DNA of 64,000 bases from Methylococcales bacterium (lineage in GTDB: Bacteria; Pseudomonadota; Gammaproteobacteria; Methylococcales; Methylomonadaceae): positions 1 to 64,000 of the forward strand of contig JAGLDH010000019.1 in the NCBI GenBank assembly GCA_023145835.1. Reading direction: 5' to 3'. Shown in pieces: positions 32,024-43,016 of this stretch. Each line of letters begins with the position of its first letter. Positions within the stretch are counted from its first letter, which is position 1. The position numbers were made by a program, and so were the translations under genes. The notes under the pieces are model-generated. The model was not told where the DNA came from, searched no databases, and saw only the letters and a list, made by a program, of their open reading frames with translations.

Positions 32024-33295
32024 ATGGTTTCAATCAGTTCATTTTTTAAAGGAAAAAAAGACACTACCAGCCTTGAAGGTGAAGATATATCGCTTGATAA
32101 ATTAAAACAATTAATCCCCATCAGAAATTTAAGTGAAGAAAAGCTCAAGTCTTTTGCTTTTGAAAAAAAAGCTGAAACGTTACCAGCCGGAAAAACTCTT
32201 TTCACAATCAACGATTCAAGTGACTCTGCCATCTATCTTTTAGATGGGACTGTCTCTATATCTGATGAGAACAATAAATCATATGACGTAGAGTCAGCAG
32301 AAGCGAAAGCAAGGTTCCCGCTCACCAGTGGAATAAAACATACGACAACAGCAATTGCAAAATCAAACATCAGTTTTTTGCGGGTATCACAAAAAATAAT
32401 GTCTCTCAATTCTGACAGCAGTCCTTCATTTGAATTGATCATTCCAGATGAATTAAAAGATTGCCAACTTTTGCAATCCTTTGCTCAACACTTTATTGAC
32501 AATGAAATAGAAATACCCTCATTACCTATCATTGCGACTAAATTAAGTGAAGCAATGAAAAAAGATATTGGCATTGAAGAGGCCGTTAAAATAGTACAAC
32601 TTGATCCTGTTATTGCAGCCAAACTCATTGAAGTAGCCAACTGCCCTCTATACATTTCTGTTGTCCCAGCCAAAAGCTGCTTTGAAGCAGTCAATAGAAT
32701 AGGCTTAAATGCGACACGAAATTTAGTCATTAGCTTAAGCGTAAAAAATATTTTTACAGGAAGATTGCCGGCAATTACAAAATATTTAGATACGCTTTGG
32801 AAAGAAAGTCTTTATCTATCGGGGTTAAGCTTTGTTCTTGCTTCTATCAGCAAACAAAAAATTCCTGAAGAAGCTTTATTAGCAGGCCTAACATGTGACA
32901 TAGGGGTCATACCTTTTCTCAATTTTATCTCAAATTTACCCAAAGACTTTTATACCGAAGAGGACATCATTAAATCCATTCCTGTTGTTAAAGGCATTGT
33001 CGGAGCATCCATCTTAAAAAAATGGGACTTTCCTGAAGAATTCATTCAAGTTCCATTACGATCTAATGACTGGTTTCAGCATACTGAAGACTCTCTGACG
33101 TTTGCAGATATAGTCGTTTTATCTAGGTTGCATAGCAAAATCGGAAAAAAAGAGACTGCTGATTTACCGGCGATAATATCAATACCTGCGGCAAGCAAGC
33201 TAACGAATATATCCCTTTCTCCTGAGAATACACTCAATATTCTGCATGATGCAAAAGAAAAAATTAAAGATGCCTTAAAAACATTCTCTATTTAA
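32024..33295 (+). CDS. cyclic-nucleotide-binding-like + HDOD domain signalling protein
   Basis: N-terminal cNMP-binding-like beta-roll ('GKTLFTINDSSDSAIYLLDGTVSI'), C-terminal HDOD ('LPIIATKLSEAMKK...AVKIVQLDPVIAAKLIEVANCPLY...AVNRIGLNATRNLVISLSV'). Confidence 0.65.
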   Translation: MVSISSFFKGKKDTTSLEGEDISLDKLKQLIPIRNLSEEKLKSFAFEKKAETLPAGKTLFTINDSSDSAIYLLDGTVSISDENNKSYDVESAEAKARFPLTSGIKHTTTAIAKSNISFLRVSQKIMSLNSDSSPSFELIIPDELKDCQLLQSFAQHFIDNEIEIPSLPIIATKLSEAMKKDIGIEEAVKIVQLDPVIAAKLIEVANCPLYISVVPAKSCFEAVNRIGLNATRNLVISLSVKNIFTGRLPAITKYLDTLWKESLYLSGLSFVLASISKQKIPEEALLAGLTCDIGVIPFLNFISNLPKDFYTEEDIIKSIPVVKGIVGASILKKWDFPEEFIQVPLRSNDWFQHTEDSLTFADIVVLSRLHSKIGKKETADLPAIISIPAASKLTNISLSPENTLNILHDAKEKIKDALKTFSI

Positions 33296-33599
33296 GAAAT
33301 CTCTATTAATTCTACCTGAGCAGCCATGCACTAAAAATGAGCTGACTCATAAATTTTTTTAGAATTACCCCATTCTTCGTCTACTCAACAAAAATAAACT
33401 AACAACTCCAGTAGCTAAAAATACGGCTACAACTCCCATCTCATGTTCAAAACAAATGAAAATATTGGCGGATCATATTTCCTATGATGTACTAAAAAAG
33501 TCATATCATTAAAATAAAAAAAACTTTCACAGAAACAACAGTTACTTCATACTCACTACTAACTTTGTCACAACAAACTTATAAAACCTGTTAAAGATT

Positions 33600-35639
33600 A
33601 TGAACAACCCTTTACTAGAAAGCTCAACACTCCCTCAATTTTCTAAAATAAAACCAGAGCATATAACGCCTGCTATTGATACGTTATTAGCAGAAGCTAG
33701 AGCTGTTGTTAATCAGCAATTACAAGCCAACAGTATTTATACTTGGGGTAACTTAATTGAACCTATTGAAAATAGTGAAGATAAACTCAATAAAGCCTGG
33801 TCCCCCATTAGTCACATGAATTCTGTCGTTAATACAGATGAGTTGCGTGATGCTTATAACGCATGTTTATCTAAGCTGAGCGAATACTCAACGGAAATGG
33901 GACAAAACAAAGCACTCTATTCTGCTTATAAACAAATATCTGAAAGTAATCACTATTTATCTTTAGATATTGCTCAACAAAAAATCATCACCAATGCATT
34001 AAGAGACTTTCGTTTATCAGGTATTGGATTAGATGCAGACAAGCAACAACGTTATAAACAAATCAAACAGGATCTATCTCGCTTATCAAGTAAATATGAA
34101 GAAAATGTATTGGATGCAACCAATGCATGGACTCAATTAATTTCAGATAAAAACCTATTGGCAGGTTTGCCAGAAACAGCATTATCCCAAGCAAAACAAA
34201 CAGCAGAAAGCCAAGACCAAGACGGCTGGATGATTACCCTACAATTCCCATCGTACATTGCCGTCATGACATACGCGGATAACAGAGAACTCCGTAAAGA
34301 ACACTATACAGCCTTTGCTACGAGAGCCTCAGACCAAGGTTCTCAATCAGAAGAATGGGATAATAGCCAAGTAATGGAAGAGACGTTGGCTTTACGTCAT
34401 GAAGTTGCCCAACTGCTAGGTTTTAAAAATTATGCAGAATATTCCATTGCAACAAAAATGGCTGAAACACCTGAAAAAGTGACTACATTTTTAGAAGATT
34501 TAGCAGATAAATCTTTAAACCAAGCGCAACAAGATTTTTCTGACCTTAAAAAGTTTGCACAAGAACATTATGATATTACCGATGTACAAGCGTGGGATGT
34601 CAGCTATTTATCTGAAAAAATGCGCCAACATTTTTACCAGTTATCTCAAGAAGAAGTCAAAACTTACTTTCCAGAAACTCGCGTTATACCTGGATTATTT
34701 TCAGTTGTTGAAAAACTGTTTGGATTAAACATAATAGAAATTAAAGACGTTGATAGTTGGCATACTGATGCTCGCTTCTTTGAGATTAAAGATGAGAAAG
34801 ATCAGCTAAGAGGTCATTTCTTTTTAGACCTCTATGCAAGAGAGAAAAAACGCGGTGGAGCATGGATGGATGATTGTGTAGGTCGTAAAAAAACGGCAGA
34901 TAGTGTTCAACATCCTGTTGCCTATTTAACCTGTAATTTCACACCTCCCACAGCAGACACCCCGGCGCTATTAACTCATGATGAAGTAACAACCTTATTT
35001 CATGAGTTTGGCCATGGTTTACAACATATGCTAACTCAAATAGATCATCTAGGCGTTTCTGGTATCAATGGTGTGGAGTGGGATGCTGTTGAGTTACCCA
35101 GTCAATTTATGGAAAATTGGTGTTGGGAAAAAGAAGCATTAGCACTTATTTCTGGTCATTATCAAACAGGCGAATCACTTCCCAATACATTGTTCCAAAA
35201 AATGTTAGATGCAAAAAACTTTCAATCAGGCATGCAAATGGTAAGACAATTAGAATTCAGCTTGTTTGATTTTAAAATTCATCAACAATATAACCCAGCC
35301 AAAGGTGGACAAATATACACGACACTTAACAAAATTAGAGAACGGGTTGCTGTTTCTAAAGCACCTGAATTCAACCGTTTTGCACACAGTTTTTCTCATA
35401 TTTTTGCAGGCGGTTATGCGGCAGGATATTACAGCTATAAATGGGCTGAAGTTCTCTCTAGCGATGCCTACTCTTTATTTGAAGAAAAAGGTATTTTTGA
35501 TCAAACCACTGGAAAAGCCTTCTTACATCACATTCTAGAAAAAGGAGGAAGCCAAGAAGCGATGGCTCTATTTATTGATTTTAGAGGCCGTGAACCTCAA
35601 ATTGATGCCTTGCTCAGACATAATGGAATTGCAGCATGA
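33600..35639 (+). CDS. prlC: oligopeptidase A (M3 family)
   Basis: '[25 protein letters not shown]' N-terminus as in OpdA; zinc motif '[13 protein letters not shown]'; 679 aa. Confidence 0.9.
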   Translation: MNNPLLESSTLPQFSKIKPEHITPAIDTLLAEARAVVNQQLQANSIYTWGNLIEPIENSEDKLNKAWSPISHMNSVVNTDELRDAYNACLSKLSEYSTEMGQNKALYSAYKQISESNHYLSLDIAQQKIITNALRDFRLSGIGLDADKQQRYKQIKQDLSRLSSKYEENVLDATNAWTQLISDKNLLAGLPETALSQAKQTAESQDQDGWMITLQFPSYIAVMTYADNRELRKEHYTAFATRASDQGSQSEEWDNSQVMEETLALRHEVAQLLGFKNYAEYSIATKMAETPEKVTTFLEDLADKSLNQAQQDFSDLKKFAQEHYDITDVQAWDVSYLSEKMRQHFYQLSQEEVKTYFPETRVIPGLFSVVEKLFGLNIIEIKDVDSWHTDARFFEIKDEKDQLRGHFFLDLYAREKKRGGAWMDDCVGRKKTADSVQHPVAYLTCNFTPPTADTPALLTHDEVTTLFHEFGHGLQHMLTQIDHLGVSGINGVEWDAVELPSQFMENWCWEKEALALISGHYQTGESLPNTLFQKMLDAKNFQSGMQMVRQLEFSLFDFKIHQQYNPAKGGQIYTTLNKIRERVAVSKAPEFNRFAHSFSHIFAGGYAAGYYSYKWAEVLSSDAYSLFEEKGIFDQTTGKAFLHHILEKGGSQEAMALFIDFRGREPQIDALLRHNGIAA

Positions 35640-37093
35640 AGTATAAAGATTTAAGAGACTTTATAAAACAATTAGAAAAACAAGGTGAACTCAAACGAAT
35701 TACCGTTGAGGTCGACCCCTATTTAGAAATGACTGAAATCTGCGACCGCACCTTAAAACAAGAAGGCCCCGCTTTATTATTTGAAAACCCAAAAGGTTCA
35801 AACATTCCTGTACTAGCTAATTTATTCGGCACACCTCGCCGTGTTGCGATGGGTATGGGGGCTGATTCTGTCACTGAACTAAGAGGGATTGGAGAACTCC
35901 TCGCATATCTAAAAGAGCCTGAACCCCCAAAAGGCATGAAAGATGCGATAGAAAAAATCCCGGTTTTTAAGCAAGTTCTCAATATGGCGCCTAAAGTTAT
36001 TAACGCCCCACCTTGCCAAGAAATTATCCGAGAAGGAGATGAGATAGATTTAAGCGTTTTCCCTATTCAAACCTGCTGGCCAGATGATGCCGCTCCTTTA
36101 ATCACATGGCCGCTCGTCATTACCAAAGGTCCAAATAAAGAAAGACAAAACCTAGGCATTTACCGTCAACAAGTGATTGGCAAAAACAAAGTCATTATGC
36201 GTTGGCTAGCTCACCGAGGTGGTGCTTTAGATTTAAAAGAATGGCAGGAAGAGCATCCTGGCAAACCATTTCCTGTTTCAGTTGCACTAGGAGCAGACCC
36301 TGCAACCATTTTAGCAGCAGTAACGCCTGTACCCGACTCACTCTCTGAATATGCCTTTGCTGGGCTATTACGTGGAAGTAAAACAGAAGTTGCCAACTGC
36401 CTAATTAACGACCTACAAGTCCCAGCTAGTGCAGAAATAGTTCTGGAAGGTTTTATTTATCCGGATGAAATGGCTGCAGAAGGGCCTTATGGTGACCACA
36501 CTGGCTACTATAATGAGGTTGATGAATTCCCTGTTTTTACGATAGAAAGAATTACTCAAAGACAAGCACCTATTTACCACAGCACCTATACAGGCAGACC
36601 CCCTGATGAGCCCGCTATTTTAGGCGTTGCACTAAATGAAGTCTTTATCCCCATACTCCAAAAGCAATTTCCGGAAATTATCGACTTTTATTTGCCGCCC
36701 GAAGGTTGTTCTTACCGAATGGCCGTCATCAGTATGAAAAAACAATATGCTGGCCATGCAAAAAGAGTCATGCTAGGCACGTGGTCTTACTTACGACAAT
36801 TTATGTATACCAAGTTTGTCATTGTTGTTGATGAAGATGTCGATGTACGAAATTGGCAAGATGTTATCTGGGCAATCACCACACGAATGGATCCTGCTCG
36901 CGACTTAACCATTTTAGAAAATACTCCCATAGATTATTTAGACTTCGCCTCTCCAGTTTCTGGCTTAGGCTCTAAAGTAGGCTTTGATGCGACTAATAAA
37001 TGGCCAGGTGAAACGAATAGAGAATGGGGGAAACCTATTGTAATGTCCGAAGAGGTTATTACTCGTGTAGATGAAATTTGGGACTCGTTGTAA
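35636..37093 (+). CDS. ubiD: 4-hydroxy-3-polyprenylbenzoate decarboxylase
   Basis: '[40 protein letters not shown]...[11 protein letters not shown]' nearly collinear with E. coli UbiD; 485 aa. Confidence 0.9.
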   Translation: MKYKDLRDFIKQLEKQGELKRITVEVDPYLEMTEICDRTLKQEGPALLFENPKGSNIPVLANLFGTPRRVAMGMGADSVTELRGIGELLAYLKEPEPPKGMKDAIEKIPVFKQVLNMAPKVINAPPCQEIIREGDEIDLSVFPIQTCWPDDAAPLITWPLVITKGPNKERQNLGIYRQQVIGKNKVIMRWLAHRGGALDLKEWQEEHPGKPFPVSVALGADPATILAAVTPVPDSLSEYAFAGLLRGSKTEVANCLINDLQVPASAEIVLEGFIYPDEMAAEGPYGDHTGYYNEVDEFPVFTIERITQRQAPIYHSTYTGRPPDEPAILGVALNEVFIPILQKQFPEIIDFYLPPEGCSYRMAVISMKKQYAGHAKRVMLGTWSYLRQFMYTKFVIVVDEDVDVRNWQDVIWAITTRMDPARDLTILENTPIDYLDFASPVSGLGSKVGFDATNKWPGETNREWGKPIVMSEEVITRVDEIWDSL

Positions 37094-37138
37094 CGAAGGT
37101 CAATATAAATCTCTAGGTAACAAGAGAGTTTTTAAGCT

Positions 37139-37160
37139 TTTGTCACATATTTGTCACACA
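37139..37160 (+). promoter_or_regulatory. Pho box (PhoB binding site) with downstream -10, pstS promoter
   Basis: 'ttTGTCACAtattTGTCACAca' has two 7-nt direct repeats with a 4-nt spacer, matching the CTGTCAT-N4-CTGTCAT consensus. 'TATACT' at 37166-37171; SD 'ggaga' then ATG 37202. Confidence 0.6.
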
Positions 37161-37201
37161 GTCCATATACTATGAGGATTCAGATTATTGGAGACAAAAT
37201 A

Positions 37202-38251
37202 ATGAAAAGATTTTCAGTCCTTGCTGCAGTAGCTTTAACAACAACTGCAGCATCAAGTAGTTTTGCAGCTGGTCGTGATTATATCGAAATCGTAGGGTCT
37301 TCTACAGTTTATCCTTTTGCAACTGTCGTTGCAGAGACGTTTGGTAAGAAGACCAAATTCAAAACACCAAAAATCGAATCAACTGGCTCAGGCGGTGGTT
37401 TTAAATTATTTTGTTCCGGTAATGGAATTAACACACCTGATATTACCAATTCATCTCGCCGTATCAAAAAGAGTGAAGTTGAATCATGTGCTAAAAATGG
37501 TGTAACAAACATAACTGAAATACAGGTTGGTTTTGATGGAATTGCGATAGCTAATGCAAAAAAGGGCAAAGCATTAAATTTAACAAGTAAAGATATTTTT
37601 TTAGCCTTAGCAAAAAAAGTTCCTGGTGATAAAGAGGGGGTTTTAATCGCGAATCCATATCAAACGTGGAAAGATGTAAACTCAGAGTTACCTTCAACTA
37701 AAATTGAAGTACTTGGCCCTCCTCCAACATCTGGCACAAGAGATGCCTTCGCAGAGCTTGCACTCGAAGGTGGATGTAAGACATTTGATTGGATAAAAGC
37801 ACTTAAAAAGCAGGATAAAAACAAGTATAAAACTATTTGTCATACAGTACGCGAAGATGGTGCATATATCGAAGCAGGAGAAAACGATAATTTAATTGTT
37901 CAAAAGTTAGAAAAAAACCCTAATGCACTCGGCGTCTTTGGTTTCAGCTTCTTAGATCAAAACTCAGATAAAGTGAAAGGAGCTATCATTGATGGGGTTG
38001 ACATCACATTTGAAAATATTGCTGATGGAAAATATCCTATTTCTCGTCCATTGTTCTTTTACGTCAAAAATGACCATGTGGGAAAAGTGCCAGGTATAGC
38101 TGAATTTATTACTGAATTCACTTCAGACGAGACATGGGGAGAAGAGGGATATTTAACTGAAAAAGGACTTATTCCTTTAGGTGAGGCAGAACGTAAGGAT
38201 ATGGGTATATCGGCAAACTCACTAAAACAACTAAAATTTACAGATGAATAA
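37202..38251 (+). CDS. pstS: phosphate ABC transporter substrate-binding protein
   Basis: Signal peptide 'MKRFSVLAAVALTTTAASSSFA'; 'IEIVGSSTVYPFATVVAE'; ATG at 37202 preferred over 37151 because the latter lies inside the Pho box. Confidence 0.85.
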   Translation: MKRFSVLAAVALTTTAASSSFAAGRDYIEIVGSSTVYPFATVVAETFGKKTKFKTPKIESTGSGGGFKLFCSGNGINTPDITNSSRRIKKSEVESCAKNGVTNITEIQVGFDGIAIANAKKGKALNLTSKDIFLALAKKVPGDKEGVLIANPYQTWKDVNSELPSTKIEVLGPPPTSGTRDAFAELALEGGCKTFDWIKALKKQDKNKYKTICHTVREDGAYIEAGENDNLIVQKLEKNPNALGVFGFSFLDQNSDKVKGAIIDGVDITFENIADGKYPISRPLFFYVKNDHVGKVPGIAEFITEFTSDETWGEEGYLTEKGLIPLGEAERKDMGISANSLKQLKFTDE

Positions 38252-38276
38252 ACTTATTTAAAAAAACAGAGCCGAC

Positions 38277-38318
38277 GGGTATAACTTATAAGTTTATACC
38301 CTCGACTCTCTCTTTTTT
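38277..38318 (+). terminator. pstS-pstC intergenic hairpin + T-tract (attenuator/partial terminator)
   Basis: Near-palindrome 'gggtataacttataagtttataccc' followed by 'tcgactctctcttttttg'. Confidence 0.45.
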
Positions 38319-38483
38319 GTGGCCTAAAAAATGTAGATAAAGAGTATCCGTTATGCACGTTATAATCTACGATTCAATCCACAGAGAATAAACACCAGAG
38401 TAAGTAAAATTTGCTTACCCCCCCTATTTCTTTGTATATTCATGGTAGGAAGATATAAACTGCATAACTAACGAGAATCTAGA

Positions 38484-39872
38484 ATGCCAATACAAACTCT
38501 CCTAAGCACCTTACTCGCTCTACTACTTTTCAGTTTTTTCATTGGAAGCAAGCGATCTCTTGCTGTTTCCACTGTCCGAAAAGGTCGACGTAATCTTCAT
38601 TCTCGCCCTAATTATTACGGCTTTATGGTTGCTATCTGGGCAGGTATTCCAGCCCTATTAATCTTAGCTCTTTGGTCATCTTTTAACGCCTCAATTATTA
38701 CTTCTTTAACGATTTCAGGTCTTCCAGAAAGTGTTCAAATGCAGTCTAAAGATGAACTAGGGCTCATTATTAATGAAATAAAGAATATAGCCAGCTCTGG
38801 TAACATCGACGCTGAAACTGACATGATCAAAAAAGAAGCTGCCTTTCATTACCATAGGCTAGAGCAAATCAGTTTACTTGCTAAGACCGTCATTGTCTTC
38901 GTAGTTGCTCTACTCGGTATGCTCATTGGGCGAAGTTTAATCAAACCAGAAATGCGTGCTAGAAACATGGTAGAAACTGTCATGCGCTGGACAATGATTC
39001 TTTGTGCATCCATTGCGATTGTATCAACCATTGGCATCGTTTTCTCAGTCTTATTTGAATCGGTTCAATTTTTTAAGGCAGTACCTCCCACAGACTTTTT
39101 GTTTGGAACCCATTGGAGTCCACAAACATCTATTCGATCAGACCAAGTGGGTAGCTCTGGCTCATTTGGTGCTATTCCTCTGTTTATAGGTACTCTGCTG
39201 ATTTCAGCTATTGCGTTGATAATTTCTGTGCCATTAGGGTTGATGGCTGCGATTTATTTGTCTGAATATGCAAGCCCCACACTCCGCTCAATTGCTAAGC
39301 CAACTTTAGAAATTCTCGCTGGTATTCCTACCGTTGTTTATGGTTTCTTTGCTGCATTAACTGTTGCACCTTTTCTCCGTGATGTGGGTGAAAGTATTGG
39401 ACTAAGTGTCGCCTCTGAAAGTGCTTTAGCAGCAGGACTGGTAATGGGAATCATGATTATTCCTTTCGTCTCTTCTCTTTCTGATGATGTTATTTCTGCA
39501 GTACCACAATCAATGCGTGATGGTTCTTACGGTCTTGGGGCAACCCAATCTGAAACAATTCGACAAGTCGTTATTCCTGCGGCATTACCCGGTATTGTTG
39601 GCGGTGTTCTACTGGCTGCATCAAGAGCTATTGGTGAAACCATGATAGTGGTGATGGCAGCGGGTCTATCAGCTAAATTAACGATCAATCCATTAGAAGC
39701 AGTTACCACGGTGACTGTACAGATAGTGACACTATTAACAGGTGACCAAGAGTTTGATAGCCCAAAAACATTAGCTGCATTTGCACTAGCTTTAGGCTTA
39801 TTCACCATTACATTATTACTTAACTTTATTGCGTTGCATGTCATCCGTAAATACCGTGAACAATACGACTAA
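38484..39872 (+). CDS. pstC: phosphate ABC transporter permease PstC (long form)
   Basis: 462 aa polytopic; EAA-like loop; order pstS-C-A-B-phoU. Confidence 0.85.
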   Translation: MPIQTLLSTLLALLLFSFFIGSKRSLAVSTVRKGRRNLHSRPNYYGFMVAIWAGIPALLILALWSSFNASIITSLTISGLPESVQMQSKDELGLIINEIKNIASSGNIDAETDMIKKEAAFHYHRLEQISLLAKTVIVFVVALLGMLIGRSLIKPEMRARNMVETVMRWTMILCASIAIVSTIGIVFSVLFESVQFFKAVPPTDFLFGTHWSPQTSIRSDQVGSSGSFGAIPLFIGTLLISAIALIISVPLGLMAAIYLSEYASPTLRSIAKPTLEILAGIPTVVYGFFAALTVAPFLRDVGESIGLSVASESALAAGLVMGIMIIPFVSSLSDDVISAVPQSMRDGSYGLGATQSETIRQVVIPAALPGIVGGVLLAASRAIGETMIVVMAAGLSAKLTINPLEAVTTVTVQIVTLLTGDQEFDSPKTLAAFALALGLFTITLLLNFIALHVIRKYREQYD

Positions 39873-39887
39873 CTAGGTCTAAAGAAT

Positions 39888-41168
39888 ATGAAAGAGACAA
39901 CACAAATCATTAAGGCTGGGTTAAAAAAGCGTTATGCCAGAGAAAAGCGCTTCCGTTTTTTTGGCTTAATGTCTATTATCATTAGCTTTATTTTTTTGAT
40001 AGTATTACTCGTCACTATTTTTAGCAAAGGCTGGCCAGCTTTTCAGCAAACTTATATCAAGTTGGATATTGAGCTTGATGAAGCAACACTAGGCATTAAT
40101 AAGTTTTCTGAAGAAGATGTTTTATTCTCAGCAAGCTATCAAAAAGTGATTAAAAATAGCCTCAAGCAAATGTTTCCTAAGGCTAAAGGACGCAAACAAA
40201 AACGTGCACGAAACAATTTAGTCAGTAAATCGGCTCAATATGCTGTACGAGATAAAGTGTTAGCAGATCCTCGTCTTTTAGGAACAAAACAATCTTTTTG
40301 GTTTCTGGCAAAAGATGATATTGATGTTTTTATGAAAGGAAATATTGACCGCTCACTTCCTGAATCTGACAGACGCATTAAAGATTACCAACTTATCTGG
40401 ATTGATAAATTAATAGCTGAAGGTCGTTTAGAAAGAAGGTTTAACACAGTTTTATTTACAGCAGGTGACTCAAGAGAGCCAGAACAAGCTGGCGTAAAAG
40501 GTGCCATTATGGGTTCTATATTTACCATGTTAGTCACTTTATCGCTTTCATTTCCTATCGCTGTTGCAGCAGCAGCTTACCTTGAGGAATTTGCTCCACA
40601 AAATAATCGCTGGGTTGATTTTATAGAAATAAATATTAACAACCTGGCCGCAGTGCCTTCTATTGTTTTTGGTTTATTAGGTTTAGCCGTGTATATCGGT
40701 TTTTTTGGAATCCCTCGATCTACACCCTTAATTGGTGGTCTAGTACTGACCTTAATGACGCTGCCTACAATAATTATCGCGAGCCGTGCCGCCATTAAAT
40801 CAGTTCCTCCTTCAATTAAGCAAGCAGCTGTTGGTTTGGGTGCCTCTAGAATGCAAACACTTTTTCATCACACTTTACCTCTTGCTATGCCAGGAATTCT
40901 TACCGGAACTATTATCGGAATGGCTCAAGCATTAGGTGAGACAGCGCCTTTATTGATGATAGGTATGGTCGCTTTTGTTGCTGAAGTACCTGGGGGTATT
41001 ATGGATCCTGCAACGGTTATGCCCGTACAAATTTATCTCTGGTCTGATAGCCCTGAACGGGCTTTTTCAGAGCGAACATCAGCCGCCATCATGATACTAT
41101 TAGGTTTTTTAGTTATGATGAATATAATTGCTATTATGCTTCGTAAGAAGTTTGAGCATCGTTGGTAA
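39888..41168 (+). CDS. pstA: phosphate ABC transporter permease PstA (long form)
   Basis: 426 aa polytopic; 'LGETAPLLMIG' conserved PstA region. Confidence 0.85.
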   Translation: MKETTQIIKAGLKKRYAREKRFRFFGLMSIIISFIFLIVLLVTIFSKGWPAFQQTYIKLDIELDEATLGINKFSEEDVLFSASYQKVIKNSLKQMFPKAKGRKQKRARNNLVSKSAQYAVRDKVLADPRLLGTKQSFWFLAKDDIDVFMKGNIDRSLPESDRRIKDYQLIWIDKLIAEGRLERRFNTVLFTAGDSREPEQAGVKGAIMGSIFTMLVTLSLSFPIAVAAAAYLEEFAPQNNRWVDFIEININNLAAVPSIVFGLLGLAVYIGFFGIPRSTPLIGGLVLTLMTLPTIIIASRAAIKSVPPSIKQAAVGLGASRMQTLFHHTLPLAMPGILTGTIIGMAQALGETAPLLMIGMVAFVAEVPGGIMDPATVMPVQIYLWSDSPERAFSERTSAAIMILLGFLVMMNIIAIMLRKKFEHRW

Positions 41169-41181
41169 ACCATCTAGTTGA

Positions 41182-42084
41182 ATGAGAAAAATGACAGACA
41201 TAATTGAAACACTTCCTAGTATGGCCAAAGGATCATCAGAATCAGCTGAAGTCATATCCCAAGCAGACAACACACGCCAAGAATTTGATGTTGAAATATC
41301 AGGTACTGTGGGAAAACCGTTGATAAAAAACCCTAAAATGAGTTCACGAAACTGTGATGTCTTTTATGGAGAAAAACAGGCTATTTTTAACATCAACCTA
41401 GATATAGGTGAAAATGAAATTATTGCCATGATTGGCCCTTCTGGTTGTGGCAAATCAACTTATCTTAGAGTATTAAATAGAATGAATGACACCATCCCTA
41501 TTTGTCGAGTTACAGGCGAACATACTTTAGATGGTGAAGATATTTATGGCAAAGACCAAGATCCTGTTTTGTTACGAGCAAGAGTAGGCATGGTTTTTCA
41601 AAAACCCAATCCTTTTCCAAAGTCTATTTATGACAATGTAGCTTATGGAGCAAGATTACATGGCCTAGCAAGTAATCGTTCTGAATTAGACGATGTGGTA
41701 GAAGCTAGTCTTATTAAAGCGGGGTTATTCAAAGAAGTAAAAGATGATTTATTAAAACCAGGCACAGGATTATCTGGAGGACAACAACAACGTCTTTGTA
41801 TTGCCCGTGCCATTGCCGTAGACCCAGAAGTTATCTTGATGGATGAACCGACTTCTGCACTTGACCCAATTGCAACAGCAATCATTGAAGAACTCATGGA
41901 TGAATTAAAAGAAAAGTATACCATTGCAGTTGTTACTCACTCCATGCAGCAAGCCGCTCGGGTGTCTCAACGAACCGCTTATTTTCATATGGGGAAGCTG
42001 GTAGAAGTGAATGATACGGATAAAGTATTCACTAACCCGGAACATCAATTAACAGAAAACTATATTACAGGACGATTTGGATAA
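41182..42084 (+). CDS. pstB: phosphate ABC transporter ATP-binding protein
   Basis: Walker A 'GPSGCGKST', signature '[14 protein letters not shown]', Walker B '[11 protein letters not shown]'; alternative ATG at 41191. Confidence 0.9.
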   Translation: MRKMTDIIETLPSMAKGSSESAEVISQADNTRQEFDVEISGTVGKPLIKNPKMSSRNCDVFYGEKQAIFNINLDIGENEIIAMIGPSGCGKSTYLRVLNRMNDTIPICRVTGEHTLDGEDIYGKDQDPVLLRARVGMVFQKPNPFPKSIYDNVAYGARLHGLASNRSELDDVVEASLIKAGLFKEVKDDLLKPGTGLSGGQQQRLCIARAIAVDPEVILMDEPTSALDPIATAIIEELMDELKEKYTIAVVTHSMQQAARVSQRTAYFHMGKLVEVNDTDKVFTNPEHQLTENYITGRFG

Positions 42085-42093
42085 GGAAACAAT

Positions 42094-42816
42094 ATGCAAT
42101 TAGGACAACATATTTCACACCGTTATGGTCAAAATTTAGAAGGCATTCGAAATAATGTGCTGACTATGGGTGGGTTAGTAGAATCTCAAGCTGATAATGC
42201 AGTAAAAGCATTATTAGAAGGTAATGCAGAGCTAGCAGAAGAAGTGGCAACTTCTGATTATAAAGTCAATAAAATGGAAGTTACTATTGACGAACAATGT
42301 GTACAAGTTATTGCCCGTAATCAACCAGCAGCAAAAGATTTAAGACTAGTGATTGCTGTTGTAAAAGTTATTACCGATCTTGAACGCATTGGTGATGAAG
42401 CAGAAAAAATTGGTCGCTATTCTATTAAATTGGCAAAAAAACAAGCAAAAAATACAATGCATACTGAACTGACTCATTTAAGCCAGTTAGTTCTTAGTAT
42501 GTTGCATGATGCATTGGATGCATTTGCTCGAATGGATACTGAGTTGGCTATGAAAATCATTGCAAAAGGTGATCAAATAAATACTGAATATAATAGTGTG
42601 TCTCGCTTACTGATTACCCATATGATGGAAGACCCTAGAAATATCAAGGATGTATTACGAGTCACTTGGTGTGCTCGTTCATTAGAACGCATAGGTGATC
42701 ATTCAAGAAACATCTGTGAATATGTTGTGTATCTTGTGAAAGGCGCTGATATTCGTCATACAAACTTGGATGATGTACTTGCCGACTATTTCCCGGGTAA
42801 AGATATTACGTCTTAA
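42094..42816 (+). CDS. phoU: phosphate signalling complex protein PhoU
   Basis: Two PhoU repeats with 'DLERIGDEAEKI' and 'SLERIGDHSRNI'; 240 aa. Confidence 0.9.
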   Translation: MQLGQHISHRYGQNLEGIRNNVLTMGGLVESQADNAVKALLEGNAELAEEVATSDYKVNKMEVTIDEQCVQVIARNQPAAKDLRLVIAVVKVITDLERIGDEAEKIGRYSIKLAKKQAKNTMHTELTHLSQLVLSMLHDALDAFARMDTELAMKIIAKGDQINTEYNSVSRLLITHMMEDPRNIKDVLRVTWCARSLERIGDHSRNICEYVVYLVKGADIRHTNLDDVLADYFPGKDITS

Positions 42817-42817
42817 A

Positions 42818-42973
42818 GACTGAGGATGAAATAAAACCCGAAACTGGCGTAGGGTTTTTGTTCAGTTTCAAGGTGTAAAAATAGGCACATACCAAGCTAT
42901 GAAACTATTTTTACAACATAGAAACTGGACAAAAAGACAAGTCAGTTTCGGGTTTTATAAAATTCTCAGTCCT
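42818..42973. repeat. 156-bp MITE-like palindromic element with ~29-bp terminal inverted repeats, copy 1
   Basis: 97% identical to 45013-45168; ends 'gactgaggatgaaataaaacccgaaactg' / 'cagtttcgggttttataaaattctcagtc' are inverted repeats; internal arms also pair ('gtagggtttttgttcagtttc' vs 'gaaactggacaaaaag'). Confidence 0.75.
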
Positions 42974-43016
42974 AAGCGAACCCCAGTCGTTTCTAACAAC
43001 TAAGTAGGCTACCCTT

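Noticed and set aside
37151-37201. Longer pstS start at 37151 from the ORF track
   Set aside because: Position 37151 lies inside the Pho box; the ATG at 37202 has a 'ggaga' SD and yields a proper signal peptide
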